From: Trichoplax adhaerens
Lineage: Eukaryota; Animalia; Placozoa
Direction: 5' to 3'
Assembly (NCBI RefSeq): GCF_000150275.1
Contig: NW_002060946.1
Coordinates: 6,052,597-6,116,596, forward strand
Length of the DNA: 64,000 nt
Shown here one piece after another: positions 28,941-40,716 of the stretch (positions are counted from its first letter, which is position 1; every line of letters starts with the position of its first letter). The notes beneath the pieces are model-generated. The model saw only the letters and a list, made by a program, of their open reading frames with translations. It was not told the DNA's origin and did no database searches. The translations under genes were made by a program, and so were the position numbers.

Positions 28941-29987
28941 TTAAAATGACCGCATCATCACAGCGTTAGATGTAGGAGCATGAGCTGATGAAGGACTTTT
29001 GGACCTATAACATCTACATGTTATAATGTTGATTAGTTCTTGACGCAAAGTTTGATCATAATAGGCGAAAATAACCGGACTGGTAACGCAATTCCAAGAT
29101 GCGGCATATACTAGCCATTCCCGTATAAAAGGTCGAGTGCTTCTAGGGATGAGGGCTGGATTAGTCACATAAATAATCTGAAAGATATTATACGGTGTTT
29201 GCAAAAGTAGATAAACACCAATTATTACAGACACTGCGACTACAACTTTTGTAATTGGGTTGCCTGATGTTTCACTATTTTTATTTTCTGTTATTTTGTT
29301 AGCGTTGTTTCTCGTCACGCATACGATCCGAGAATATAAAATAACACTTATAGATGTAGGCAATAGGAAGGTTAGAAATGACAAAAAGATGTGCCATGCT
29401 ACTAATGATTGCCGACGATTAGATAATACAGTGGTAAGAACGCAATAATTAGGGCATACGCGCCACCAACCGATTATGAGTGGGAAAAAGCCAAAGAAAA
29501 ACGGTAAGACCCAAATGACGACAATCATGATAATTATGGATACAATTTTCATAGTACTCATACGTAAATGCCAAGTTGGTCTGGTTATTGCCAGTAATTT
29601 CTCCAATGCCATCAAACATATATGAAAGTTGATACAGCAAATAAAACAAAATTGAAAGATTGAGTGACCAAGCTGGCAATAAATATTAATCCACGAAGTT
29701 AGTGAATTACGGATTGACACTATCTTAACCGGCAAGATATAAATAAAGCTATATAATATATTTGCTAAGCATAAGCTTGCCAGAATAGCATTACTATACG
29801 TTCGTAGAGACGATTTCAGCAAGATTAAGCCAAGAATTAGGCAGCTAGTTAACAAAATAAAGCCAAACAAAACGCTCCAGGTAATGGAAACATTGATTTC
29901 AAAAGAAGTTAACGGTCGAAAAAGAATGTTCGTAAGGTTTAGTCTAACGAAGAGATGAACGTCAGGACAAGGTACATAGCTGGCCAT
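28941..29987 (-). CDS. Single-exon rhodopsin-like (class A) orphan GPCR, paralogue 1 (348 aa)
   Basis: Seven hydrophobic segments. TM3 Cys (NIYCQL), MALEKLLAITRP (DRY equivalent), TM4 WVLP, TM5 FLLP..LYSRI, TM6 LQTPY, TM7 WNCVTSPVIFAY, helix 8 LRQEL followed by Cys residues. Confidence 0.92.
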   Translation of the reverse strand: MASYVPCPDVHLFVRLNLTNILFRPLTSFEINVSITWSVLFGFILLTSCLILGLILLKSSLRTYSNAILASLCLANILYSFIYILPVKIVSIRNSLTSWINIYCQLGHSIFQFCFICCINFHICLMALEKLLAITRPTWHLRMSTMKIVSIIIMIVVIWVLPFFFGFFPLIIGWWRVCPNYCVLTTVLSNRRQSLVAWHIFLSFLTFLLPTSISVILYSRIVCVTRNNANKITENKNSETSGNPITKVVVAVSVIIGVYLLLQTPYNIFQIIYVTNPALIPRSTRPFIREWLVYAASWNCVTSPVIFAYYDQTLRQELINIITCRCYRSKSPSSAHAPTSNAVMMRSF

Positions 29988-31814
29988 GATGCAAACTATC
30001 GGTGTATACTTGTTTTTGTGAGTTTATTTTTGAAAAAGCTTTTAGTTTGAGTTTGTCGAACGATATTATCGCAATTTAAAATGAAGATAGCGGTTACAGC
30101 AAGATTGGCAGGTATTTGAAACTTGATGATTAGCTGTAGAGTTGTACTACTGTTTATGGATTGAGAAAAATAAGATTCAAACGTTAATAGATTATCTCGC
30201 CTTCATTCAGAATTAAAAATTGATAGTAAAAGTCGACATGTACAGATAATTATATTGGCAAGAATTTAAGTAATGAGGCAATAACTTCTAGAAACTATGA
30301 TTGTTTATTGAATTCCTATAACTACTCAATGTCATTTCAGCATTGGTATGATGTAATTTGCAAATGAGATTCTAATTAAAAGGGAAATTATTTGGTTAGC
30401 GGGATTTCTATAGATAGTCTTGGAACGGTGAGTAAGAAATGTACAAGCAGTACTGGTCCAAATAGATCATATTGGGCATTAGGTTGTAAGAATGTACAAA
30501 AGAGAGGGATGCATAAAGAATGGCAAGTATCAAGGTCTTATAATATTTCGTATGTACACTTTGCCACAGTACATTAAATTACTGTTAGTCTATTGGTCAT
30601 TACGATATCATACAACTGCCAAAGTGAAAACACACTACAGCGTTTCTATAAATCATAGGGGAATAAGTAATTAGGAATTGAACTACGATAAGTTTTCTAT
30701 ACAAGAAAAGCCCAAATGCAACTTTTTATACGATAACGAGGCTAATACTTCTTTTGAGGCAGCATAATTACGTTACTTGTAAGCGCTATTGGCAGTAGAA
30801 CAAAATGGCTAAATAGACAGTTCATGACCGGTAAATTATTCCATCTTAAGAATCAGTTTCCTTTAATCTAAGTACAGAAGATGGTGTATTGAAATATTAA
30901 AATTACTATAGTCAGGCATATTTGGAGATTTTATTGCAATAGGGTAAGATTGAATTACTGCTAAAAAGTTCTACAATACAAAATAAGTTCATTATTTTGA
31001 TAGTCTGACTACGTCTTCCTGTCTACTTTTGTCTATAAGTATCAATATAATGTCTAATTTTCTCAGAGCTTTATGGAATCTCATTCATTACAGATCACGT
31101 TTGTTTTACGATCTACATTCCATCACTCCCTGAACGACATATCATGCTGTGAAATATTTTTATATAATCTGATAGTTTACAGACTATCAACGCCCATCAG
31201 CAGCATATCATGAATGTTCATGATGATGGTATTGTTAACAACAGGACAAGCCTCTTATTTCTATTTATTGAAAAGCGTCTTGAAAATAATGATAAAGAGA
31301 ACTAGGTTATGAGTAATCCACTGGCTAGGGATTTAATACCGTTAAGCTATTTATGACGTAAATGTATTACTATCAAAAAGGAAGAACAAGTACAAGTACA
31401 GTCTTTAGAAAGATAGAGTAGGATTGCGTTTCCAAAATGCCAGCGAGCTACTTTGAATAGAATTCCATTTATTATCGGTATGAGGTCAACACGAGTAAGC
31501 CACTATGATCCAAGTGAACTATTTTCATTCATTAACATTCAATTTATTTTCAGCAGGGTTTCAGTTTCATCCTACTATGATCGAATCGTACGTGATTATT
31601 ACTCCAAAGGTAATAGTTCAGAAATTTATATTCAATCCTGCACTCACTTACGTATTTGGTTAAATGTGTCGAGTTGTAGAAAAAAATGCGCTATCTCAAT
31701 CAGTTTATGTGTATAATTTGATCGATAATTTTTAGAGATCGTAATGGATATCTTTAAATCATTGGATTCCTTCTAAGATAATCGATTATGCTATTTATTA
31801 GGTAAGGCTTTATA

Positions 31815-32235
31815 TTAAAACTAGCATATCCTTCTACCTAAAGGATCTTATTCCATAATTTAGTAAAACATTTTACTATACGGAAGCAATATTTCGTGCT
31901 TATAAATTCATAGTAACCAATAAATATGCTCGTATTATAGTACAGTAAAAAGTGAAATGATCACCATGATTAATGTTTGCCCAATCATTAGAAATTTGTA
32001 GATCAGACTGAAAAGCGAATTGTTTCTTTACTTTAAAATTAGCTTGTCCTTTCACGTAAGAATCTTATCCTATAATTTAACAAACATCTTGCAATACGAA
32101 GGTGATTTCTCGAGCTTATAAATTCCTACTAAAAAGGCACACACGAACATAATACTGTATACAATAAAAAATGATCACTATGATTAGTATTTGCCCAATC
32201 ATTAGAAATTTGTAAATCGGATTGAAAAGCGAATT
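31815..32235. repeat. Diverged two-copy tandem duplication, unit ~215 bp
   Basis: tttgcccaatcattagaaatttgta at 31976 and 32190; gcttataaattc and tgaaaagcgaatt also recur at the same offset. Confidence 0.85.
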
Positions 32236-33210
32236 CATTCTGACTTTCAGCCAATAGATATTTCACCCAAAAATTAAATAGCGAACGACGATAATTACTC
32301 TTATAAGAATAAAGTGTTAGCAGCAAGAACACAATTCACTGCTATCAGCCTAGAAGTTATGACAACCATTTTATATGATGATCTATTAGCAAACTATCGA
32401 TTTGTCAGCACCTTACAACGGAGCAACTGACTAATTTGAATTGCTGACCTATTCATACTGTATAATTGCTGTTAAGTTATGAATACTAGACTATGGATAT
32501 GGTATATGAAAGATAGAAACTGGATATTTTTCAATAAGCACATGGCTATTCTGCTTGTATTTATGTCGTGGGGTTGTAGAGTAGTAAAAGCAGATGGTTT
32601 CAGCATCATTGTCATAAATAAATCGTTCTTAGTCTTCTCTTTGTTAAAAGAGATATTAAGCTTGCTGTAAAATCATCTTCCTTTGATGAGAAGTAAAAAA
32701 TATATTTTACTTTTACATAAAAAGTAACCAATATGGGTTGATACGATGGCTATGGCATGGTTATAACATCTATGTTTCATTATTTTATAGACTATTGACA
32801 GAGGCATCGTTCTAAATTAGAATAATTACTACTTTAATAGCCACATATTTATTATGAATGGCATATTAACTATGGTAGTTCTACTCATAAGTCATTTACC
32901 TTTGTTCGTTTATTTTTACAACTGCAAAAAAAATCTACATTAACGTAATGGATTTTGTAGCCTATCGATATTGACTTACTTCTCTTATTTGAGGAAAATT
33001 GGAGTGAAAATAACGTCAAGTAACTGTGTACACTAGAAAGATATTCAGTTATTACAGTCAATTCTAGATCATTAAATCACTTTTCTACTTTGATAATGTC
33101 GTTATTAAGTAGTACTTGCCACGCAAAGCTACAGGTAGAGAAAGAGATGCGGGCATTACGATGTAATATACTTTAAAGATCGATGAATTTTTCCCCCTAT
33201 CCACATTGAC

Positions 33211-33670
33211 TTAAATGAAGTACCAATCTTATATCTATAAGTATTCCATTCAGCATGTATGGCAATCATCTTTGCATAGAAGTGAATATATATCAATGAG
33301 GTTTAACAGGTTGCTATACTCTTATCTTGAGAAAGGATTTTTATTTTAGAATAGTTGAATCAAAAAATTCTCGATTAGCTCCTAGTGAACAAGTCAATCC
33401 TTTTATGAGGTAACTACTGTAATTATACCAATAAATCTACCTTAATTGAAGTACCAATTTTATATCTATAAGTATTCCACTCAGTATGTATGGCAATCAT
33501 CTTTGCATAGAAGTGAATATATATCAATGAGGCTTAATAGGTTGCTATACCCTTACCTTGAGAAACTATTTTAGAATAGTTGAATCAAAAAATTTTCGAT
33601 TAGCTCCAAGTGAACGAGTCAATCCTTTTATGAGGTAACTACTGTAATTATGGCAATAAATCTACCTTAA
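33211..33670. repeat. Recent two-copy tandem duplication, unit ~231 bp
   Basis: ttaaatgaagtaccaat..aaatctacc at 33211 is repeated near-identically from 33442. Confidence 0.95.
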
Positions 33671-34831
33671 CATGAAAATATATAGCTAAGAGTAGTATAA
33701 GTACGCAATTTCTTATGATAATATTGACGCCTACACCTTTTATTTTTTTATGGCTGATTTTAATTATCAAATCAATTCAACAGAGGTCTATGACGTGACT
33801 CTTAATGGTTTATTCTCGCAAAACATCTTTCCTGTTGTGACATCAAAACTATTCCTAATTAACTCTAATTCTATAATGAAACAAGATTAAATGATGGTAC
33901 AATTGGAACTATTCTATTTTCTATGAACAACGGAGATCTTCATTGTGCTCCTTTAAAGCAAATTAATTAAGGATAAATTCCATCTTGCTAACGACTACCT
34001 AAGTAAAACGAAGAGATCCTTTCCATGTGGCCAAAATTGGTAAGGGTATATCATACAGTCAACATGACTAATTTGACTTCTCAGAGATTGGAGAATAGAG
34101 TTAGTAATATCGCTGTTATTGCCATAATGAATGGAATCATTCAAAGTTTGTTTAGATATTGCACTTAATATCAGCCGATATGAAGATAATGGTATAGCTG
34201 AATGAATCAATATATGAGTAGACCCAAATGCGAACCTTAATAACAGCTTGCTTCATTAATTGCATACTAATTATTTCTCCAGAGAATTAGAAAAAGAATC
34301 TAAAGCATTAATTAAGGCGTTGTTTGCTAGCAATGGCGCAGTAATCTCTAATTTAGCGATGCCCTGCTGAGCATTGTACTGTACATATACCTGAATTAGT
34401 AATCAAGTACCGTAGCATTCAGTTTACATTAGGTCATATATCATCAGGCGTTTCTCAAATACTATCGGTAAATCAGATAATTTTGGTTTGATAATCGATG
34501 AATCAACAAACCTAAGATTACGATCAACATCGTAGTTTGCTATAATCCTTTTATTAATCTTTAAAACAGACATGGGCATAATTTCTGTAGCTGGACACCT
34601 TTTTAAAGAAAATTGTACGAACTTAAAGACGGAAGTATTATATAAAAATAGTAGATTTTGTTATTTTTAGTTAGACAGTCTTTAATAAGAGAAATGCTTA
34701 TGTAGTCAAATGAAGCTTAACAAGAAATGGAAGTTCTTGTCGAATTATAATTATTGAATATCATGGGAAACAAACTGATTTTTATGACACCAGTTTTATT
34801 GGAATAATAAGACTAAATAGCCTAAAGTTTT

Positions 34832-35294
34832 AAAATGAGCTTTTTCTGAGTTCCATTTACCGCTCGATCTAAGTTAACACCATTCAAATTTCTTCAATAA
34901 TTGAGAATGATTGGAATCAAACGGCATAAATAAAGTAAACAACTAGACGATTTTTTTCCTCATCGTTTTCGATTGTATGTAACTGACCATAATTTAATTT
35001 AATAACCACCATGATGTGAACTAGTTAAGAAAGTAGTAAACAAGACTTCTCACCTGTAAAATGATCATATAAAGTGAGCTGTCTCCTAATTCTATTTGCC
35101 GCTCGATCTAAGTTAACGTCATTTAAATTTCTTCAATAATTATAATTGAGAATGATTGGAATCAATAGGCAGAGATAAGGTTAAACAACTAGATGATTTC
35201 TATTCATCCTTATTTTTGATTCTATGTAGCCATACTTTATTAATTTAATAATAACCATGGTATGAATTAGTCATGAAAGTAGTAAACAAGACTT
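34832..35294. repeat. Two-copy tandem duplication, unit ~240 bp
   Basis: cgctcgatctaagttaac at 34861 and 35100; gaaagtagtaaacaagactt closes both units. Confidence 0.9.
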
Positions 35295-38200
35295 ATTCGT
35301 TTATAAATTAGTTTCTGTTATAAAAGTGTGAAATTTGTTTACTTTATAGATCAACGATTTCATTGTTCGACTCCAACAGGTATACGAGTCCTAACCTCAG
35401 TAGTGCTCAGCTTACGCCGAAAATTATCTTCTAGCCTATTTACTAATGGCTGATGATAAAATAGTTTGTTTACCATCAGCCAGGGCACGTAAACATGTCG
35501 CTTACTTTAAGTAAGTAAAAGCTGTCAATATAGTTGTTTACCGAACGTTGGTTCCTAAAGATAAGGCTTATTGATCAAATTTACATATATTCTTTGCTTA
35601 CTGTTATTGTATACAGCTAATGTTGTCATCTAACCTTCAAATACCGAATATTGAATTGATCTTGTTTGTCCATTTGGAATCATCATTGTCAAAGGTCAGC
35701 GATTTTATGAATTATTTTTTCGACATAGAACAATCTCAGTCTTTTGTTCCTAAGAAGAAAAGCAAGTCTGTTATTTTTTATATTGTATCGATGAATTATA
35801 ATTTTACACTATCCATTAGATGCTCGTTATTTATTGTTTATGGCTACAGCAACAAACAGGAAATCTTTAAAAAAATCTAGAAACAAGTTTAAAATAGGTG
35901 CCTTATCATCAAGTTTTCGTGATATTTAATTGAAATAGCTAAATAACCTTGCTTGAATTTTAATATAGTATTACTTGTTCTTCGATATTAAATAATGATT
36001 TGCCTATCTTTAACTTGACTTTTATAGCTATACTCTTCCTACTGGATTAAATAATACTTTAATACTAAGATCAGTGATGACTTATTCATTAGCGACATAA
36101 TTTGTGCAAGGCATTATTGCTTTCAAGAATAGTAGATCTAGATTCTAAGGTAGTGAACAATATCTTACGCTTATATTCCTCAAAAATAATGTGTTATGCT
36201 AGTAACGTGAATTAATCCCGATTGAAATAACGTGGTAACTGGAATTAATTCTATTTTTCAAGATAATTAATAAGTAAATCATAATAATGTTGGTAGGTAG
36301 CCACTTAATGACCCCCAGAAGGGTTGCATACTGCTCTTAATGGGTTTTCCAACAATAGGTCTATCCACATTTTATTCTAAGAATAGCGCCATATGGTGAA
36401 TGGAAATAATGATTAAGTAGTTGATATGCAAGTGTTTGCCATTCATTATATTTCCCTGTTTCATGTTTTATTCCCTACGAATAAATTTTTGAAGGGGAAA
36501 GATGTTTTAGGTATGAAAGTTGAACATAAATAAGAAAGAATTCAGAACACATCAATACATTATGGCGAACTCCTAATATACACTATCAATAGGCTTGTTT
36601 CAACTCAGTAATGATCAGTACAGGCTAGCAATTAAGAAAAATTTTATCCATTTTCATATGTTTTACCAGCATCTTAGACCGAAGAAAACGTAGCTTAATA
36701 CATCATTACTACATCTTTAGGCAAAGCCTGAAACATCGGATTCAATTATGTAATATTTAGTATAGTCCTGAAATATCGACAAATTTGACCTACTTCCTAA
36801 TACTTTACTAACATATTAAATATTAGACTGATGATAAAAGTGCCTCGACGTTATGACCTTTATGTCGATCCTAATCATAATTTAACGACAATATCGCTAA
36901 ATCATCACTTTATCTATTAGTATATTAACTCACTAAAAAGGCTGAGCTCTTAATATGTAGATAATCATGCCAACGCCGCATTAAATGATTTAATTACTGG
37001 TCGTTCATGTTATTTCCATGATTATTCAGTCATATACTTTGCAGTCCATGAAAATTTGTGTCAAGCTATTCAATCTTAAAGAATAGGTTATGCAAATGTT
37101 GCTCTAATTATAATTTACTTTAATTTATCCTTGTTCACTGTCTCCATTTCAGGTTATACAACCACACAATTCAGTAAACTCTTAGTTTTCTATGAAATGA
37201 TATTACTATAAAGTAAAATTTAATGATGAAGCAGACCTATTTAATAAAAGTATCAAGCATTTCTCCATTATCTTAATATTGATTTTCCTGGCATAAATTT
37301 TTCTAAATAATAGTAGCTATTCAATTATACGTATTTGAAGCTGCATCAAGTTTACTGGTAATGATATATAGTCTATTATAATAAGCCATAACAAGTATAC
37401 TTTTATATCGCCAATTGCATGGTGAAAGGCGTTGGCGTTATAAATCTGAAAATGATTACTGTAATTATAAACAGATATCAGCCATTATAAAAGTAAACAT
37501 ATCTCTATATTTAACAAAAGAAACTGTCGTCGATTAATTTTATCATTAGCAAGATGACAACCGTAAAGTACTACTGAAGTTATACGAAAGCTGAATTCAA
37601 TTTTCTTACGAAAAAGCGTGATATCGAGGCACTAAAATACGTATCTATCCAAGTTTTTAGGCAACCCTCCAACTAATTCCCACTCGGCTTTGCCTTTTCT
37701 GTAAAATCCAACAAAATACTTACCGGTACGTATTTTCGTAAATATTATCACTCGTTCGTATAGCTCTATCATCGCCATCTCCTTTATTCAAATCAATCTT
37801 TCATAAGGAGTTTAAATTTTAAATCTGTACAGCGATGCCCTTGATGGTCTGTTTAATTGCTCAATTGATATCTCTATTTAATTTCTTTCCATTCCTTATT
37901 TATTTATTCATGAGCTGATGCAATGTACAGGTTCTTAACTTTACTACATAACTATTGTCATAAGCTGAAATTAAACAGCTGTAATAAAACTCTTTCTACT
38001 CCTCTACTCTATTTTCTGCTACATTTTCTATTCGGTAATGCCTTGTTGTATCGAAAATTACATTATGATCGAGATTTGGTGTATCAATGTATGCAATGGG
38101 TGGATTGTTTACCCTCAACTAGTTCAAAGATTTCGTTGCGATGGAGCTGTCTAAAGTCTGCACATTGATCGATTGATTAAAGGATTGATAGTATTATTTG

Positions 38201-38430
38201 ATAAATTTCTTATTTCAATTTATAATTGAATCATACGTTTAATGGAATTGAAGGTAACATAAATTAATTGAATATCTATAAGCTATAATAATGTTAATAA
38301 AGTCATTTTTTATAACAGTGGTGTGAGAAACGACGCAGCTTCAAGCATAAAACTTTGAATATTGGTACTAAATTCTATCGATATAATCATCATTAAAAAT
38401 ATTTCAATGATTGGATTATATTTATATTGT

Positions 38431-39040
38431 AATGAAATATGTTACAGAGTCACAATGCATGACCGTAATTATTATAATAATACATGAACATTCACAATTG
38501 GAAAATAAAATGTCAGAATAATATGACCAGAATTAATTCGAGAATTATATAGTAGATTTAATCGTTAGCTAAGCTAATACTAGGATACGTAGCCTGCTAT
38601 AGCAGTATGGAATATATATAGAATATGTACCAATAGATGAGTTTTTAAAGCGCTTAGGTATCGTTTGTCTTAAAGAAGCAATAGAGCGATATCTCTAAAC
38701 TAAAACGCAACATCAAAGGTGTTGTAAAAACATAATGAAACATTTTGCAAAGTCACAATAACATGACTGTAATAATAATTATAATACGTGAACACTTACA
38801 ACTAGAAAATAATATATCAAAACAACCTGACCAGAATTAATTACAGAAATTTACAGTAGATTTAATCATTAGTTCAAACTAATAGTAGGACATTTAGCCT
38901 GTTATAGCAGCATGGAATATATACAGAATATATATCAATAGATGAATTTTTAAAGCGCTTAGGTATAGCTTGTCTCAAATAAGCAATAGACTGGTATCTT
39001 TAAACTAAAAAATAACATCAAAGGCGCTCTAGAAACATTA
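38431..39040. repeat. Two-copy tandem duplication, unit ~303 bp
   Basis: aatgaaa..agtcacaat at 38431 and 38734; tgaccagaattaatt and tttttaaagcgcttaggtat are in both units. Confidence 0.92.
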
Positions 39041-39687
39041 TTGATAACCACGTATTTGAGAATAAAAAATTTGATGATGGCCTACTTTAATAAGCTCAAG
39101 ATTTAACACTTTCATAGCAAAGATCAGATGTCGTAATATTAAGGATACATAACGTACATAATTTACGTATGATTATTGCACCCTTAATCGGTCATTCATT
39201 CTACCACAACCCTATCATAGTATTCATACACTATAATTATTAGAAAATTATCATATAATCTCCAAATCAGTTGATTTTGATTAATTTTTAAAAGGTATAT
39301 TCCAGCATGTATCAAATAATACAATAAATAAAACTTAACTGTTTATTATTTCTACATATTAAATCTGTAATCTTCCTAATAAGAATACATTATTACGATA
39401 GCAATTATTAACGATATTAATGATATTCAGAATTAGCTTTTTTAATTAAGCTCTCTACCAAAATGTAGTGATTTACGATTGGTTGAATGCCAATTTTTGG
39501 AATGCCCTATAGATATTTACAAGTCAAATTGAAATATTAATTACATAGACTTATGGTATGCGTCATGATTAAATGTAAAGGGAGGGAATCCACTCATTAA
39601 ATGTATGAATTTAAGTCCATTAAATGTAGCAAAAGGATAAATTATACTGGATTGTTATCTTAAGATGATTTAGTTTTACAGTTGTTT

Positions 39688-40716
39688 CTATCTAGTCCTT
39701 TGGCGTTCAGAAGAACAATGCCGACGTTTCGAAAAAATAGCAACAATCCTATTTCGTAAATTTCGTTTAAAATAACCATAAATAATTGGACTTATAACTG
39801 AATTCCAGGACGATAAATAAAATAACCAGTCTCGAATGTAATAGCCACGAATATTACGTATTAACGATTTATCTGAAATATTAATAATTTGATAAATATT
39901 GTAGGGAGTTTGCAAGAGTAAATAAACACCAACTATGACCATGACCGTTTTGGTAGCCTTCCAACTACTATTAAATGAAGACGGGATGGATAAATTCGAC
40001 GTCTGAATAGCCGTTTGAACTCGAGCAATATACCCTTTGGCAGCTAGCAATATCCGAATATATAAAATGACAATAATGATTGCAGGCAATAAAAATGTTA
40101 GTATGGACCAAAAGATATGCCAAACTTGCAAGCTAACTTTTCGATTTTCAAGACTTTCGGATAGTGAGCAAAAATATGGACAAATACGCCACCAGCCAAT
40201 GATTAAGGGTATAAAGGCTACAATTACAGGTAATATCCAGCATAAAAGGAGGATAAGCGTAAAGATAACTGATCTATTTCGGTCAGATTGGTTGTACCAG
40301 AAGGGTGCAGTAACTGCGAGGAATTTTACTAAGCTAACTGCACAAATATGAAAATTAATGCTGCAATTAAAAGCGAATAAAACGACTGTTGATAATAGCT
40401 GGCAATAAATATTCGCAATAGGATGTACTGAATTTCCTAAAATGATTAGCTTGGCCGGTAGAATATAACAGAAGACGTAAAGGATATTTGCAGTGCATAA
40501 ACTTGCTATTAGAATATTGCTGTTAGTTTGTGCTGAACGCTTAGAACAGATTATCGCTAATAAGAAGAGGTTTGACAAAAGAATTGCAAACGCCAATACA
40601 CTCCATGAAATAGTTAAATCATTTTCAAATGGAGTTCGTTGCCGATAAACTAAATATGTTAAGTTTAATTTCAGAAAATAACGGACATCGAGACAATACG
40701 TATATTTCATAGTCAT
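39688..40716 (-). CDS. Single-exon rhodopsin-like orphan GPCR, paralogue 2 (342 aa)
   Basis: Colinear with paralogue 1: CLDV..LNLT, SLCTANILY, NIYCQL, SLVKFLAVTAPF, CWILP, WWRICPYFC, LQTPYNIYQ, WNSVISPIIYGYF. Confidence 0.92.
   Translation of the reverse strand: MTMKYTYCLDVRYFLKLNLTYLVYRQRTPFENDLTISWSVLAFAILLSNLFLLAIICSKRSAQTNSNILIASLCTANILYVFCYILPAKLIILGNSVHPIANIYCQLLSTVVLFAFNCSINFHICAVSLVKFLAVTAPFWYNQSDRNRSVIFTLILLLCWILPVIVAFIPLIIGWWRICPYFCSLSESLENRKVSLQVWHIFWSILTFLLPAIIIVILYIRILLAAKGYIARVQTAIQTSNLSIPSSFNSSWKATKTVMVIVGVYLLLQTPYNIYQIINISDKSLIRNIRGYYIRDWLFYLSSWNSVISPIIYGYFKRNLRNRIVAIFSKRRHCSSERQRTR

Noticed and set aside
32479-32670. Possible GPCR pseudogene fragment (minus-strand LLTKRRLRT, ICL1-like)
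   Set aside because: No flanking TM1/TM2 similarity to the three paralogues; likely chance.
33995-34210. 71-aa minus-strand ORF in a slightly GC-richer patch
   Set aside because: Non-ATG start, no recognisable domain and no linked exons.
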